The translations under genes and the position numbers were made by a program. Positions 1 through 9,058 of a stretch of 64,000 nt of DNA are shown piece by piece. Origin of the DNA: a virus; the IMG/VR virus record IMGVR_UViG_3300022868_000014, positions 1-64,000 of that record. The stretch is one strand, 5' to 3'. The notes beneath the pieces are model-generated. The model saw only the letters and a program-made list of their open reading frames with translations. It was not told the origin of the DNA and did no database searches. Each line of letters starts with the position of its first letter. The stretch's first letter is position 1.

Positions 1-117
1 TAAATTCATAGACAGGAACGATAAGCTCTATGATAGGGATCGCACAGATGATTCTGATGATGAATAAAACCCCTTAATTAGAGGCTAAAATGAGCGAAAT
101 TAACCCTTTTTTCTTGT

Positions 118-143
118 CATTATATACTAGAATGAAAGTTCTA
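118..143 (+). promoter_or_regulatory. Repeated TATA-like + hairpin element, copy 1 (candidate phage promoter)
   Basis: CATTATATACTAGAATGAAAGTTCTA; 25/26 identical to 12067..12092; TAGAA(T/C)-GAAA-GTTCTA stem-loop; intergenic, upstream of a gene run. Confidence 0.55.
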
Positions 144-215
144 ACAGACGTAACTCACCTCTTATGGTGGGTATCGAATTCGAGATTCTTTTTAACTAAT
201 AGCTAGGAGGTTATT

Positions 216-614
216 ATGTTTTATTTCGCTATGTTTTTAATCATGCTCGAAATTGGAATGCTAATGATGTATGACCACTTCGAAACCGTATTGGAACTTA
301 GTAAGGTAAGAAAACTTGAAGTAGTATCATGTGGCCGCGTTAAAGCCGGCGAACAGTATGTTAACCGTGTAGAGAATCTTGTGGGATTCTTTGCAGCCAC
401 GACTGTAGCTGGTATAATAATGCTACAGATAGGCTCAATTATTTTCATGCTGTTTGTGCCATCCTTATGGGTAGCACTCGTTTTATTATGGATCCTAGGA
501 ATGATAGTATACGCCATCCGCAAGATCAGGGCAAGGCGTCTACCCTTCTGGGCTCACCTCTTAAATGCAGCTGTCAGTGTAGTTATTATACTGAAGTTTG
601 TACCCTTTAACTAA
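216..614 (+). CDS. Hypothetical multi-pass membrane protein
   Basis: AGGAGG SD; several long hydrophobic segments. Confidence 0.7.
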   Translation: MFYFAMFLIMLEIGMLMMYDHFETVLELSKVRKLEVVSCGRVKAGEQYVNRVENLVGFFAATTVAGIIMLQIGSIIFMLFVPSLWVALVLLWILGMIVYAIRKIRARRLPFWAHLLNAAVSVVIILKFVPFN

Positions 615-623
615 GGAGGTACC

Positions 624-809
624 ATGACCTACACATGGGTTAAGACCATCCGTGGTAAAGTAGTTGATGCACGTGACGTTGAGGCTGATAGTCGTAAGGA
701 AGCTGTTAAAGGCTACCCGGGCTATGAGCCTATTAGTGTAAACTGGCAGCTTATGGATGCCCATAAGGCCGCCTCCAAATATGGCTGGATATTAGCCAAG
801 GAGAATTAA
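624..809 (+). CDS. Hypothetical protein
   Basis: AAGGAGG SD; 61 aa ORF. Confidence 0.6.
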   Translation: MTYTWVKTIRGKVVDARDVEADSRKEAVKGYPGYEPISVNWQLMDAHKAASKYGWILAKEN

Positions 810-986
810 ATGGCAAAAGAAAGTAAAGATGAGTATACTGTGTACCCTTCAGAGGACACGTATAGACCGTTGGAATTCCGTAAAGAATCGAATGGAGGCT
901 GCGATGAAGTCCCGCATTCTAAAGTGCGTCGTCGTAAAGACGACTTCTTCGAAAGGGAGTTTGACCGAGTATGGTCAGGTGTATAG
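810..986 (+). CDS. Hypothetical protein (58 aa, not in ORF track)
   Basis: AAGGAG SD, ATG directly after the previous TAA; MAKESKDEYTVYP...WSGV*. The overlapping 829..1140 ORF may really start at ATG 994. Confidence 0.45.
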   Translation: MAKESKDEYTVYPSEDTYRPLEFRKESNGGCDEVPHSKVRRRKDDFFEREFDRVWSGV

Positions 987-993
987 TAAGTAT

Positions 994-1140
994 ATGGATA
1001 CTGATGCTAATATAAAGATGCTGGAGGACAAGCTGGCAGTGCTCATCCAAGCGGGTGTAGACGGCAAGGCTGATCCCTTAGATGATCTGCGTATAAGTAA
1101 TATCCGTGTGTTGATAAAAATATTAAATATCACAAGGTGA
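994..1140 (+). CDS. Hypothetical protein (3' part of track ORF 829..1140)
   Basis: In-frame ATG after the end of 810..986; start uncertain. Confidence 0.4.
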   Translation: MDTDANIKMLEDKLAVLIQAGVDGKADPLDDLRISNIRVLIKILNITR

Positions 1141-1207
1141 GCACCAAGCCAAGGTAATTCTCACACAATAAGATTAATGTTATATGCGGAGGTGCGTATG
1201 ATAACAG

Positions 1208-1234
1208 GCCGGGTAACGCCCGGCTTTTTCTTTT
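1208..1234 (+). terminator. Rho-independent terminator
   Basis: GCCGGG-TAACG-CCCGGC followed by TTTTTCTTTT. Confidence 0.8.
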
Positions 1235-1389
1235 CCCCTAATCAATAACTAAGGAGTGTCATATCATGAAGCGATACTAAATAAGCTTCGGGAGAAATCC
1301 GACGTTCAGGCCTCACGTAACGAGGCCTATTCTCCAGAGGACATAATTGTGTTTTCTGTAGAGTATCAACAATTAAACGGAGTACATGG

Positions 1390-1533
1390 ATGAAGATAAT
1401 ATGTGCATGGTGTGGGAAGCTAATAAGAGAGGACATTTACTCTTCTGATTTAGATTCCCACGGAATATGTCCGGATTGTTACGAAAAGATGAAAGAAGAA
1501 CTTAAAACATTAAAGGAGGACAGTGATGAGTGA
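1390..1533 (+). CDS. Small zinc-finger protein (47 aa, not in ORF track)
   Basis: MKIICAWCGK...SHGICPDC: two CxxC pairs; GGAG upstream. Confidence 0.65.
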   Translation: MKIICAWCGKLIREDIYSSDLDSHGICPDCYEKMKEELKTLKEDSDE

Positions 1534-1825
1534 TACTAAATTATTTGGGAAGATTATTATTAGTCTTATAGTAATAATATTTGTATTAATTATCTTCACA
1601 TTTATCAGTGAGGACGCTGATGAAGAGGATCCCCTACAATTCAGAATAGTCACTATCAATGGCTATACCTATTATTTCCAGGGACGTGACGGCACACACG
1701 GTGCATACATGGCCCCAACACCGGAAACCCTTGCAAAGTGCCTGAGAGGGCCCTTAAAAGGCAAGGAACGTAAGTTTACTGAACAAGAACGTAACGCAAT
1801 TAGAACCATAACTGGAGGACAGTAA
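1526..1825 (+). CDS. Membrane-anchored hypothetical protein, paralog of 2538..2879
   Basis: N-terminal TM; GYTY...HG..MAPTP.T...CLR shared with the 2538 ORF. Confidence 0.7.
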   Translation: MSDTKLFGKIIISLIVIIFVLIIFTFISEDADEEDPLQFRIVTINGYTYYFQGRDGTHGAYMAPTPETLAKCLRGPLKGKERKFTEQERNAIRTITGGQ

Positions 1826-2203
1826 ATGTTTAAAAGATTCCGATTTATGCACCTCGAACCCGAGGTAAGAGGGATAGAATTCGAATCATATTTTATGCAG
1901 GAAGTGGCACCAGTGCTGGAACTGGGCGGTTGCACTGTAGAAGATATGCGAGGTACTACGATGGATCTAATCCATGGAGTGGATGTAGTAATACACCACC
2001 CTACTGTAGGCTCTATTAAAATAGATCTGTGTTATGATGCACAGACTAAACTGTGGGACAGAGAGGATGTCTCAAGAGATAAACCCGGCAGATTTCAGAC
2101 AGAAGGCCTCATAAGTAACAGAGTGGTGGAATGCTTCCGTAAGGAGGAGATGACACTAGAGATAATGCTGGAAACAGCTGAACGCATTTGGAACTATGTA
2201 TAA
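1826..2203 (+). CDS. Hypothetical protein, weakly PD-(D/E)xK-like
   Basis: GGAGG SD; D...GVD...IKIDL pattern, weak. Confidence 0.55.
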   Translation: MFKRFRFMHLEPEVRGIEFESYFMQEVAPVLELGGCTVEDMRGTTMDLIHGVDVVIHHPTVGSIKIDLCYDAQTKLWDREDVSRDKPGRFQTEGLISNRVVECFRKEEMTLEIMLETAERIWNYV

Positions 2204-2429
2204 GCTACAGCAATCCCTCTCTTATATGCCCCCAGAGGATAAGAGTAGAAAGCCGGTAAGATCACTAAAGCAGCAAAGGGCTATCTTCTTAGCCCTTAGG
2301 TTAAAAGCTGCTGAGGATGATTATAAGTATTACATTGAACCCTGTAGCTGTAGACCCGTAACGGTAAGAGGCAGCTCGGAGGACGGATTAACCTTCTGGT
2401 CCTGCCCCGCCTGCGGGAAGTTCGAGTAA
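2196..2429 (+). CDS. Small Cys-containing protein
   Basis: CSC...CPACG at C-terminus; overlaps previous stop. Confidence 0.5.
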   Translation: MYKLQQSLSYMPPEDKSRKPVRSLKQQRAIFLALRLKAAEDDYKYYIEPCSCRPVTVRGSSEDGLTFWSCPACGKFE

Positions 2430-2537
2430 AGAGCAACAGACACCCTTAATGACCTTGAGGAATGCTCACATTGTAAATCAGAATTCAACCTATGGTTATA
2501 GGTATGAACATGTATAAACAACTAACAAGAGGAGACT

Positions 2538-2879
2538 ATGCAAGAGTTATTGAGGAGAATCCTAACACCCCTAGTCGGGGCATCGGTCGGCGCATTTGTA
2601 GTTATCACATTGATTGTAATAACTGTGTTTGCATTCGCAGGAGACAGCAGTAGCGATAAACAGGTAGCAGTAAGAGAAGTTGCTACTGTTGAAATCGTTA
2701 AGGTCGAAGGTGGTTACACCTATTTTAAATATAGGGAAGGCGCACATGGTTTCATGGCCCCTACACCTAATACAATTGAAAGGTGCCTCCGTGAGGTGCT
2801 GAAGGATAGGAGCTATAAGGTCATCGATGCAGATGATCGTAAACTTATAGATGAGATAGTGGCCAAGACAAGGCACTGA
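2538..2879 (+). CDS. Membrane-anchored hypothetical protein, paralog of 1526..1825
   Basis: GAGGAG SD; N-terminal TM; shared motif. Confidence 0.7.
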   Translation: MQELLRRILTPLVGASVGAFVVITLIVITVFAFAGDSSSDKQVAVREVATVEIVKVEGGYTYFKYREGAHGFMAPTPNTIERCLREVLKDRSYKVIDADDRKLIDEIVAKTRH

Positions 2880-2886
2880 CAGTAAC

Positions 2887-2929
2887 AAAAAAGGTTGGGG
2901 GCCGTCATGGCCCCCGCCTGTTTTTCTTT
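2887..2929 (+). terminator. Rho-independent terminator
   Basis: GGGGGCC-GTCAT-GGCCCCC stem with downstream T tract and upstream A tract. Confidence 0.7.
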
Positions 2930-3076
2930 ACGCTAACAGCCAAACAAGGCATTTAACATAGGAGTGCTAACATGCTGTAAAAGCATGTGTGCCTCCCCTG
3001 AAGGGGGGAGGGGGTGACAACGCACCCTCTCAACTCTCTCCCTTTATGTATATAAAGAACAAGAACAAGGAGCATT

Positions 3077-3505
3077 ATGAAAACTAAACAAAAGAAAGAA
3101 ACCAATAGCAGGTCGAGCTTCACTATTATAATGGTGATAATAATAATATTACTTTGGGTTCTACTTGACGTAGGCATTGGAGCCCTTCTACGTTCAGCAA
3201 GGGATAGGAGGATAAGTCGCCTCCCGGTTGAGACCATAGTAAACCCGCTACCGGTAGTACCTCCTTATAGGACTAAAGAGGATAAGGAGCACACCAACAC
3301 CTATGCAATAGTAGCTAAAAACTACCGCATTGTACAGTATAAAAACAGATACAGGGTGGACTCACTCTTAGACAATGGTAAGTGGCATACTGGGTTATTT
3401 GAATGGGATACCATGGCCAAGGCACGTGACTTACGAGACGCACGTATTAAGTCAGATATACAGGATATAGAAGAAGCAGACGCAGTTTGGGTACAAGTAG
3501 AATAA
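3077..3505 (+). CDS. Membrane-anchored hypothetical protein, first gene of the array transcription unit
   Basis: AAGGAGCATTATGAAA start context, repeated before 3514; one TM segment. Confidence 0.7.
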   Translation: MKTKQKKETNSRSSFTIIMVIIIILLWVLLDVGIGALLRSARDRRISRLPVETIVNPLPVVPPYRTKEDKEHTNTYAIVAKNYRIVQYKNRYRVDSLLDNGKWHTGLFEWDTMAKARDLRDARIKSDIQDIEEADAVWVQVE

Positions 3506-3513
3506 GGAGCATT

Positions 3514-3780
3514 ATGAAAGACAGCAAGATAATAGAATGGATGGGCAGATCATACGAGATGGTACCGGAGGAAGCGAATCAGAACTGTAAAGGTTGTATC
3601 TTCTGGGAAGAGCATATAAATTGTGATGCTATAGAGGACCAATGGATAGACATGGGTCTAATAGAAACTACATGTGCAGAGCTTAGAGTTATCTTCAAAC
3701 GGATAGACCCACTGTATGCTGATCTACAGAAGGCCAAGGAGCTAGCAGATGAAGAACAAAAACAAACTACTACAGTATAA
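3514..3780 (+). CDS. Array unit 1: small Cys-rich protein with DPLY tag
   Basis: CKGC..C..C; DPLYADLQKAKELAD; ATG 3514 has SD. Confidence 0.85.
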   Translation: MKDSKIIEWMGRSYEMVPEEANQNCKGCIFWEEHINCDAIEDQWIDMGLIETTCAELRVIFKRIDPLYADLQKAKELADEEQKQTTTV

Positions 3781-4027
3781 AGGTAAGCACTATAAGCTTG
3801 TACTGCGTAATCATCTTCATTTTTATAACTGTAAGGCCTGTGCGCAGTACAATAAATGCAGTGAGTGTAATGAGATAATATTAGTGTCTACTGAGTTGTG
3901 GGGTCGTAGTTGTCAACCGCTGAAATCAGAAGGGACAACTGACTGCGTTGGTCACTTTAAAGAGGCGGACCCACTCTACCAGGACCTATTAAAAGTAAAG
4001 GAGTTAACAGATGGAAGAAAAGTATGA
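3749..4027 (+). CDS. Array unit 2
   Basis: Cys-rich; DPLYQDLLKVKELTD. Confidence 0.85.
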   Translation: MKNKNKLLQYKGKHYKLVLRNHLHFYNCKACAQYNKCSECNEIILVSTELWGRSCQPLKSEGTTDCVGHFKEADPLYQDLLKVKELTDGRKV

Positions 4028-4289
4028 ATTAGATACGCACATCTGTATTGACAAGGTACAGTATGTATTCTTAAAGGATGGCAGGGTATTCATGACAAGG
4101 GAGCCTGCAAATGCTGAGGAAAACGCATGCTCTGTTTGTAAATTAAATAAAACTGACTTGTGTTCCCATCTTCACCACCCTGTTACTATGCAGCCTTGCC
4201 ATACAAAGGGTAACACATTTCTATGGATAGAGACTGACCCACTGTACGCTGACCTATTAAAAGTAAAGGAGTTAAGTAATGAAAGATAG
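4011..4289 (+). CDS. Array unit 3
   Basis: CSVC..C..C; DPLYADLLKVKELSN. Confidence 0.85.
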   Translation: MEEKYELDTHICIDKVQYVFLKDGRVFMTREPANAEENACSVCKLNKTDLCSHLHHPVTMQPCHTKGNTFLWIETDPLYADLLKVKELSNER

Positions 4290-4548
4290 CATCAAACACG
4301 AAGGTGTCATCTACTATAAGGTGACCACAAAAGGTAAGCGTAGTGAGCGCTGTGATGAGATAACAGATTGCGCTGATTGTGATTACGACCTACTGTGTGA
4401 GCACCTTTCAACCACTGGGGGAATATTCCCCCAGTGTGAACAAGGCTTCTGCTATAAAGATATGGACCCACTCTACCAGGACCTACTAAAAGTAAAGGAG
4501 CTAAGCGATGAAGCAGATATTAAAAGACAAGAAGGGGATATACTATGA
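4279..4548 (+). CDS. Array unit 4
   Basis: CADC..C..C; DPLYQDLLKVKELSD. Confidence 0.85.
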   Translation: MKDSIKHEGVIYYKVTTKGKRSERCDEITDCADCDYDLLCEHLSTTGGIFPQCEQGFCYKDMDPLYQDLLKVKELSDEADIKRQEGDIL

Positions 4549-4837
4549 GTTGGTAGCGGACCCTGATGCACGTAACTGTGAGAACTTCTGTGATGCTTAT
4601 GAGGAGTGTAGGGATATGAGTAATGATTTCCCCAACCCATGGAAAGACATATGCTGTAAAGCAGATGAGGAGCAAGGGTTACCACACAAAGATGCAGCAT
4701 ACGAGGATGGTATGAACCTGTTCAAAGAGTTCGACTCACTGTACGCTGACCTACTAAAAGTAAAGGAGCTAACAGATGGAACCAAAGATGGAACCAAAGA
4801 TAGGAACAAGAGTAAAGATAGGAAAAAAGATGTATGA
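4508..4837 (+). CDS. Array unit 5
   Basis: Cys-rich; DSLYADLLKVKELTD. Confidence 0.85.
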   Translation: MKQILKDKKGIYYELVADPDARNCENFCDAYEECRDMSNDFPNPWKDICCKADEEQGLPHKDAAYEDGMNLFKEFDSLYADLLKVKELTDGTKDGTKDRNKSKDRKKDV

Positions 4838-5075
4838 TGTCCTTGAGGAAGAGGTGGATAATAGTTGCCAAGGTTGCCACTTCCATGAGCATTGGGATGA
4901 GTACTATGATAGAATGACAGCCCTGGGCCTTGATGGTAATTGTTTCGTTTCTAAGCGTTATAAAATGGAATGCGAGAGTAATAAGGTTATATTCCAAGGC
5001 ATTGACCCACTATACCAGGACCTGCTAACACTCAAGGAGCTAACAGATGAAACCACTACCAACAGTAACACCTGA
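4776..5075 (+). CDS. Array unit 6
   Basis: 12-nt duplicated start (MEPKMEPK); CQGC; DPLYQDLLTLKELTD. Confidence 0.85.
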   Translation: MEPKMEPKIGTRVKIGKKMYDVLEEEVDNSCQGCHFHEHWDEYYDRMTALGLDGNCFVSKRYKMECESNKVIFQGIDPLYQDLLTLKELTDETTTNSNT

Positions 5076-5352
5076 GCTTATTGATGAAGTAATCAAATGC
5101 TGCTATGCCGAGGACTGGGGCGAAGACGATTCGGATAAGTGCGACACCTGCCCTCTAAGAGGAGGTTTGCTTGAAGCGGCATGCACCATAGTTATAAACT
5201 TTAGCCATTATAGTGAAGCAGCTGAGGAAGCAGCAGAGGCAGGCGACACTACGTTGCTTAGGCAGGAGATTATAGAAGATAAGTGTGACGCACTATACCA
5301 GGACCTACTAAAAGTTAAGGAGTTAACAGATGAGCAAGAAAGAAATAATTAA
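5047..5352 (+). CDS. Array unit 7
   Basis: TPELI..CDTCP; IIEDKCDALYQDLLKVKELTD. Confidence 0.85.
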   Translation: MKPLPTVTPELIDEVIKCCYAEDWGEDDSDKCDTCPLRGGLLEAACTIVINFSHYSEAAEEAAEAGDTTLLRQEIIEDKCDALYQDLLKVKELTDEQERNN

Positions 5353-5650
5353 AGAAGACAGCGACGGCATTGTTCATCACTTGGTAGGGGTAAGGATGAA
5401 CGAAGGACTATGTGATGACTGTTCAGTGCAGGAACAGTGCGATAGGGATAGAGGCTGTGAATGGTATGATCCTTGTAGTAGGAACGATTCCAAGGATGAG
5501 GAGGGGGATGTATTCTTCGGTGAGGACTTTGATACGATACCTATAATGACTGAGTATTGGCAGGAAATAGACCCACTATACGAGGATCTACTTAAAGTAA
5601 AGGAGCTAGCAGATGCAGGACAAGGAACATATAACGAAAAAGAACGGTAA
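5330..5650 (+). CDS. Array unit 8
   Basis: CDDC; DPLYEDLLKVKELAD. Confidence 0.85.
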   Translation: MSKKEIIKEDSDGIVHHLVGVRMNEGLCDDCSVQEQCDRDRGCEWYDPCSRNDSKDEEGDVFFGEDFDTIPIMTEYWQEIDPLYEDLLKVKELADAGQGTYNEKER

Positions 5651-6014
5651 GCTTTTGACACCAGATGAGCTGAGGAAGGCAACGTTCGCATGTTACTTCA
5701 GGAGAGTATCAGATGGTAGTTATCTTAATAAACTTAAGATGACTGATGGTCTTCCGTGCTATCATTGCCCTATGAGTGAAAGGAACCGTGCAATGGACAG
5801 GTGCCACCTTGGAGCGAGGCAGTATATAAACGATGGTAAGGTACCAATGCCTCCTAGGCATGGCGGAAGACCACAAGAATGGAAGGTATACCTGGATAAG
5901 CTGAGTAAAGTAGTGATAGAGAACTACTATGACCCACTACACGTAGATCTACTTAAAGTAAAGGAGCTAACAGATGGCAAAAACACCAAGAGAATGGGTA
6001 GAGGGCGGGTTTAA
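5613..6014 (+). CDS. Array unit 9
   Basis: CYHCP; DPLHVDLLKVKELTD. Confidence 0.85.
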   Translation: MQDKEHITKKNGKLLTPDELRKATFACYFRRVSDGSYLNKLKMTDGLPCYHCPMSERNRAMDRCHLGARQYINDGKVPMPPRHGGRPQEWKVYLDKLSKVVIENYYDPLHVDLLKVKELTDGKNTKRMGRGRV

Positions 6015-6345
6015 TATACCCGGCGATGCTATGAGAGCCGCCTTGGATGCATGTGCCGCTACCCGTAGGGAGTGTCGTACGTGTGAACTAGCCCACCATG
6101 TCGGCTCGGGGATGGGATGCCCATTGGCAGCCGTGGCCCGTTATAACAAGAAACTTAAAGATATACACGAATGGCTAGACGGTAGGGAAGGGTTTAGGGA
6201 AAACAATAACAGGCCTACTGCAGAAGCTAAAGCTAGATGGCTTGCTGCTGCAATGAAGGAACTTGAACTGTATGACCCACTGTATGCTGATCTATTAAAA
6301 GTTAAGGAGCTAAGTAATGCTAAGAAGGACAATAAAGGAAACTAA
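5974..6345 (+). CDS. Array unit 10
   Basis: CRTC; DPLYADLLKVKELSN. Confidence 0.85.
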   Translation: MAKTPREWVEGGFNIPGDAMRAALDACAATRRECRTCELAHHVGSGMGCPLAAVARYNKKLKDIHEWLDGREGFRENNNRPTAEAKARWLAAAMKELELYDPLYADLLKVKELSNAKKDNKGN

Positions 6346-6664
6346 AGAGGTAACGACTACAAGAGTAGTAGATGTACCCGACATGGTTCAGTATAAGGGT
6401 GAATACTATAAAGTACTACCTGAACCGGCTGAAGCCAGTTGCGGGGGCTGTGTATGGGAAGCCGATGATAATGTAGGCTGTGATGACCTATGTACGGACA
6501 TGATAGACAAGGGCCAGCTACCCCATGATTGTACAACCTTGGAGATTATCTTTGAGAAAGTAGACTCACTATACCAGGATCTATTAAAAGTTAAGGAGAT
6601 AACAGATGATAAGAGCAAGAATAAAAAAGGCGGTGTATGTCAACAGAGCCCTTCAAAAGGATAA
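6317..6664 (+). CDS. Array unit 11
   Basis: CGGC; DSLYQDLLKVKEITD. Confidence 0.85.
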   Translation: MLRRTIKETKEVTTTRVVDVPDMVQYKGEYYKVLPEPAEASCGGCVWEADDNVGCDDLCTDMIDKGQLPHDCTTLEIIFEKVDSLYQDLLKVKEITDDKSKNKKGGVCQQSPSKG

Positions 6665-6884
6665 ATGGTATGAAGTAGTGGGGCTGGGAGGAGAGGCCCA
6701 CCTGGATAATGTTGGGCTTACTGCTTTCTATATAAAAGTACCCAGCCAAAGTGATATGCTATGCCGTACCAACGGTTGTGCCCACTTGGGTGGAGGCACA
6801 TGGGAACTGGAGAAGGTAGACCCATTATATAAGGACCTATTAAAAGTAAAGGAGATAACCAGCAATGAACGAAAAAAAGAATAA
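6606..6884 (+). CDS. Array unit 12
   Basis: C....CAHLGGG.W; DPLYKDLLKVKEITS. Confidence 0.85.
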   Translation: MIRARIKKAVYVNRALQKDKWYEVVGLGGEAHLDNVGLTAFYIKVPSQSDMLCRTNGCAHLGGGTWELEKVDPLYKDLLKVKEITSNERKKE

Positions 6885-7191
6885 GGTGTTCCATATTAAA
6901 GGCACAGCGTACAGGGTTGTATCATACCCTATAAAGGACGCACTTGCGTATTGTGATAAGTGTGTCTTCGTAGATAAGCGGGACCACGGTGAATCTATGT
7001 GTAAGGTTGCGTTAGAGGCCGCCGAGAAACAACTAGGATCAAAGGGTCCTGGAGATATTACAAGAGGCTGCACGCACAATGACGAGGACAATAAGACCTA
7101 TGTGTATGAGCAGGTAGATGAACTATACCAGGACCTGCTAAAGGTCAAGGAGCTAAGTGGTGAAAAAGAAGATAATAAAGTTCAAAAATGA
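6865..7191 (+). CDS. Array unit 13
   Basis: CDKCVF; DELYQDLLKVKELSG. Confidence 0.85.
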   Translation: MNEKKNKVFHIKGTAYRVVSYPIKDALAYCDKCVFVDKRDHGESMCKVALEAAEKQLGSKGPGDITRGCTHNDEDNKTYVYEQVDELYQDLLKVKELSGEKEDNKVQK

Positions 7192-7480
7192 CTACTATGA
7201 GATCATAAAGGTGAGATATACCGGTGTAGGCTGTGCATGCGAAGCATGTGCCTTTGAATGGTGGGGAGTACCGAATAATTGTAAACATATACGTTCCCTG
7301 ACTACGGAAAGGCTTTGTGGTAGGCAATGGGTAGCTGAGAAGGCCGAAGACGATATCATACACGCATACCACAAGATTGACCCACTGTATCGTGATCTAT
7401 TAAAGGTAAAGGAGCTAAGTGATGAAAAAGAAGATAATAAAGTGGGGCGAAAGAAGAATAACCGTAGAGCCCGAGCATGA
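7160..7480 (+). CDS. Array unit 14 (GTG start at the repeat-defined position)
   Basis: CEACAF; DPLYRDLLKVKELSD. Confidence 0.85.
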   Translation: MKKKIIKFKNDYYEIIKVRYTGVGCACEACAFEWWGVPNNCKHIRSLTTERLCGRQWVAEKAEDDIIHAYHKIDPLYRDLLKVKELSDEKEDNKVGRKKNNRRARA

Positions 7481-7694
7481 TGGTTACGACTGTTGTTGTG
7501 AGGGTTGTGTGTTAAGTAACGAAAAGACTGCATGCACAATAACACAGCTCCAATGGATAAGAGAGGGCCAGCTAGCTAAGACATGCAGTGTTAATAAAGT
7601 AATATACTGCGAGGACACATTATACACAGACCTATTAAAGGTAAAGGAGCTTACAGATGAAGAAACAAGAAAAAGCAACATACCCTTACACTGA
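7422..7694 (+). CDS. Array unit 15
   Basis: CEGC; DTLYTDLLKVKELTD. Confidence 0.85.
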   Translation: MKKKIIKWGERRITVEPEHDGYDCCCEGCVLSNEKTACTITQLQWIREGQLAKTCSVNKVIYCEDTLYTDLLKVKELTDEETRKSNIPLH

Positions 7695-7962
7695 CCTTGA
7701 CATAATCGAGGAGTATAATGGTAAACACTATCAAATGGTAATAGTGAAGATTACACCAGGACGATCAGGCCAGGCATGTAGCATGTGCTGCTGGAGTGAG
7801 TCAGGTGTTTGCACTTGGCCACACGTCGAACACCTTAAAAGGTTACAGGGGTGCACCTATATAGGTACCGCGCCTCATAGTACTGCTAGGGTCTATAAAG
7901 AGATAGATCCACTATACCATGACCTATTAAAAGTAAAGGAGCTAACAGATGAACTGGACTAA
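7657..7962 (+). CDS. Array unit 16
   Basis: CSMC; DPLYHDLLKVKELTD. Confidence 0.85.
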   Translation: MKKQEKATYPYTDLDIIEEYNGKHYQMVIVKITPGRSGQACSMCCWSESGVCTWPHVEHLKRLQGCTYIGTAPHSTARVYKEIDPLYHDLLKVKELTDELD

Positions 7963-8269
7963 AGAATACATAGATGCAAGTATTGAGGCCTGTTTAGAGG
8001 GAGCTGACTGCAGTATATGCCCAGCACATATTAAGATGGTAGATCTTTTCGCTGAGACAGGGTTCGTAAACTCCTATTGCCCCATACATGAAGCACAAAG
8101 GCGAGCAGGAAAGGATTATCCTGCAGGGTGGGACAAGGACATGAACGCTCAAAGGCGTAATATAAAACATATTGAAAAGACTAAGGAGTTTTGCTATAAG
8201 CATTTAATGGACCCATTATATGAGGACCTATTAAAAGTAAAGGAGATGGAGGATGGAAAGGATAATTAA
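7949..8269 (+). CDS. Array unit 17
   Basis: CSICP; DPLYEDLLKVKEMED. Confidence 0.85.
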   Translation: MNWTKEYIDASIEACLEGADCSICPAHIKMVDLFAETGFVNSYCPIHEAQRRAGKDYPAGWDKDMNAQRRNIKHIEKTKEFCYKHLMDPLYEDLLKVKEMEDGKDN

Positions 8270-8531
8270 ATGGAAAGGCACACGCTATAGAGTATTACCT
8301 GAAGAACTTGCTTGTTCCTGTCGAGGATGTGAACTAGAGAACCAGGAAGAATGCCCTGATGCGGAATACCAAGATAATCACAGAGATCTTTGCTTCCCTG
8401 GAACAACTGACGGGGCAGGGGCAGGGGAAGGAGACTGTGACGCAGTATTAAAGGAAATAGACCCGCTATACCAGGACCTATTAAAAGTAAAGGAGCTAAG
8501 CGATGAAGAGGAAAATAAACTGGACGCCTGA
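8253..8531 (+). CDS. Array unit 18
   Basis: CRGC; DPLYQDLLKVKELSD. Confidence 0.85.
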   Translation: MERIIKWKGTRYRVLPEELACSCRGCELENQEECPDAEYQDNHRDLCFPGTTDGAGAGEGDCDAVLKEIDPLYQDLLKVKELSDEEENKLDA

Positions 8532-8814
8532 CCTGGTTAGAAAGTCTATAACGTTCTGTATAGACCAGCCTACGTGTAAGGGTTGCCCATCATACTCAGA
8601 AGAGCTGAAATCTGAGGAGGAGTGGCCTTGCGGTGGACTGGACTTCCGTAGCATGAGGATCAGCAATAAAACAGGCAAAAGGACAGCTGCAAGTATAAAG
8701 CAGTGTATAAAGGATAACATTGAAGTGCTATGCGATGGGTTATACGTAGACCTATTGAAAGCAAAGGAGCTAACAGATGGCGAATGTAAGAAGACCAACA
8801 AAAAAGGAAGCTAA
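8503..8814 (+). CDS. Array unit 19
   Basis: NWTPDL..CKGCP; CDGLYVDLLKAKELTD. Confidence 0.85.
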   Translation: MKRKINWTPDLVRKSITFCIDQPTCKGCPSYSEELKSEEEWPCGGLDFRSMRISNKTGKRTAASIKQCIKDNIEVLCDGLYVDLLKAKELTDGECKKTNKKGS

Positions 8815-9058
8815 GGCCCTCCATGAAATAGACGGCATGTATTATAAACTGAAACATGATGTCGAAGGGGACTGCGATGCTTGCGACCTTATTAGACACC
8901 CTCCAAACTGTGATGAAATGCAAAGAAGCTGTGCCGCCACTAAGATGGTAGACATACTATGCTATGAACACGTCTATAAGAGGGTGGACCCACTCTACCA
9001 GGACCTACTAAAACTAAAGGAGCTAACAGATGCATCTACCAAGTCCAGCAATGACTAA
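8777..9058 (+). CDS. Array unit 20
   Basis: CDAC; DPLYQDLLKLKELTD. Confidence 0.85.
   Translation: MANVRRPTKKEAKALHEIDGMYYKLKHDVEGDCDACDLIRHPPNCDEMQRSCAATKMVDILCYEHVYKRVDPLYQDLLKLKELTDASTKSSND

Noticed and set aside
1480-1533. LKTLKEDSD + ATG as an extra tag copy
   Set aside because: Shares only the AAGGAG-N7-ATG geometry; no DPLYxDL
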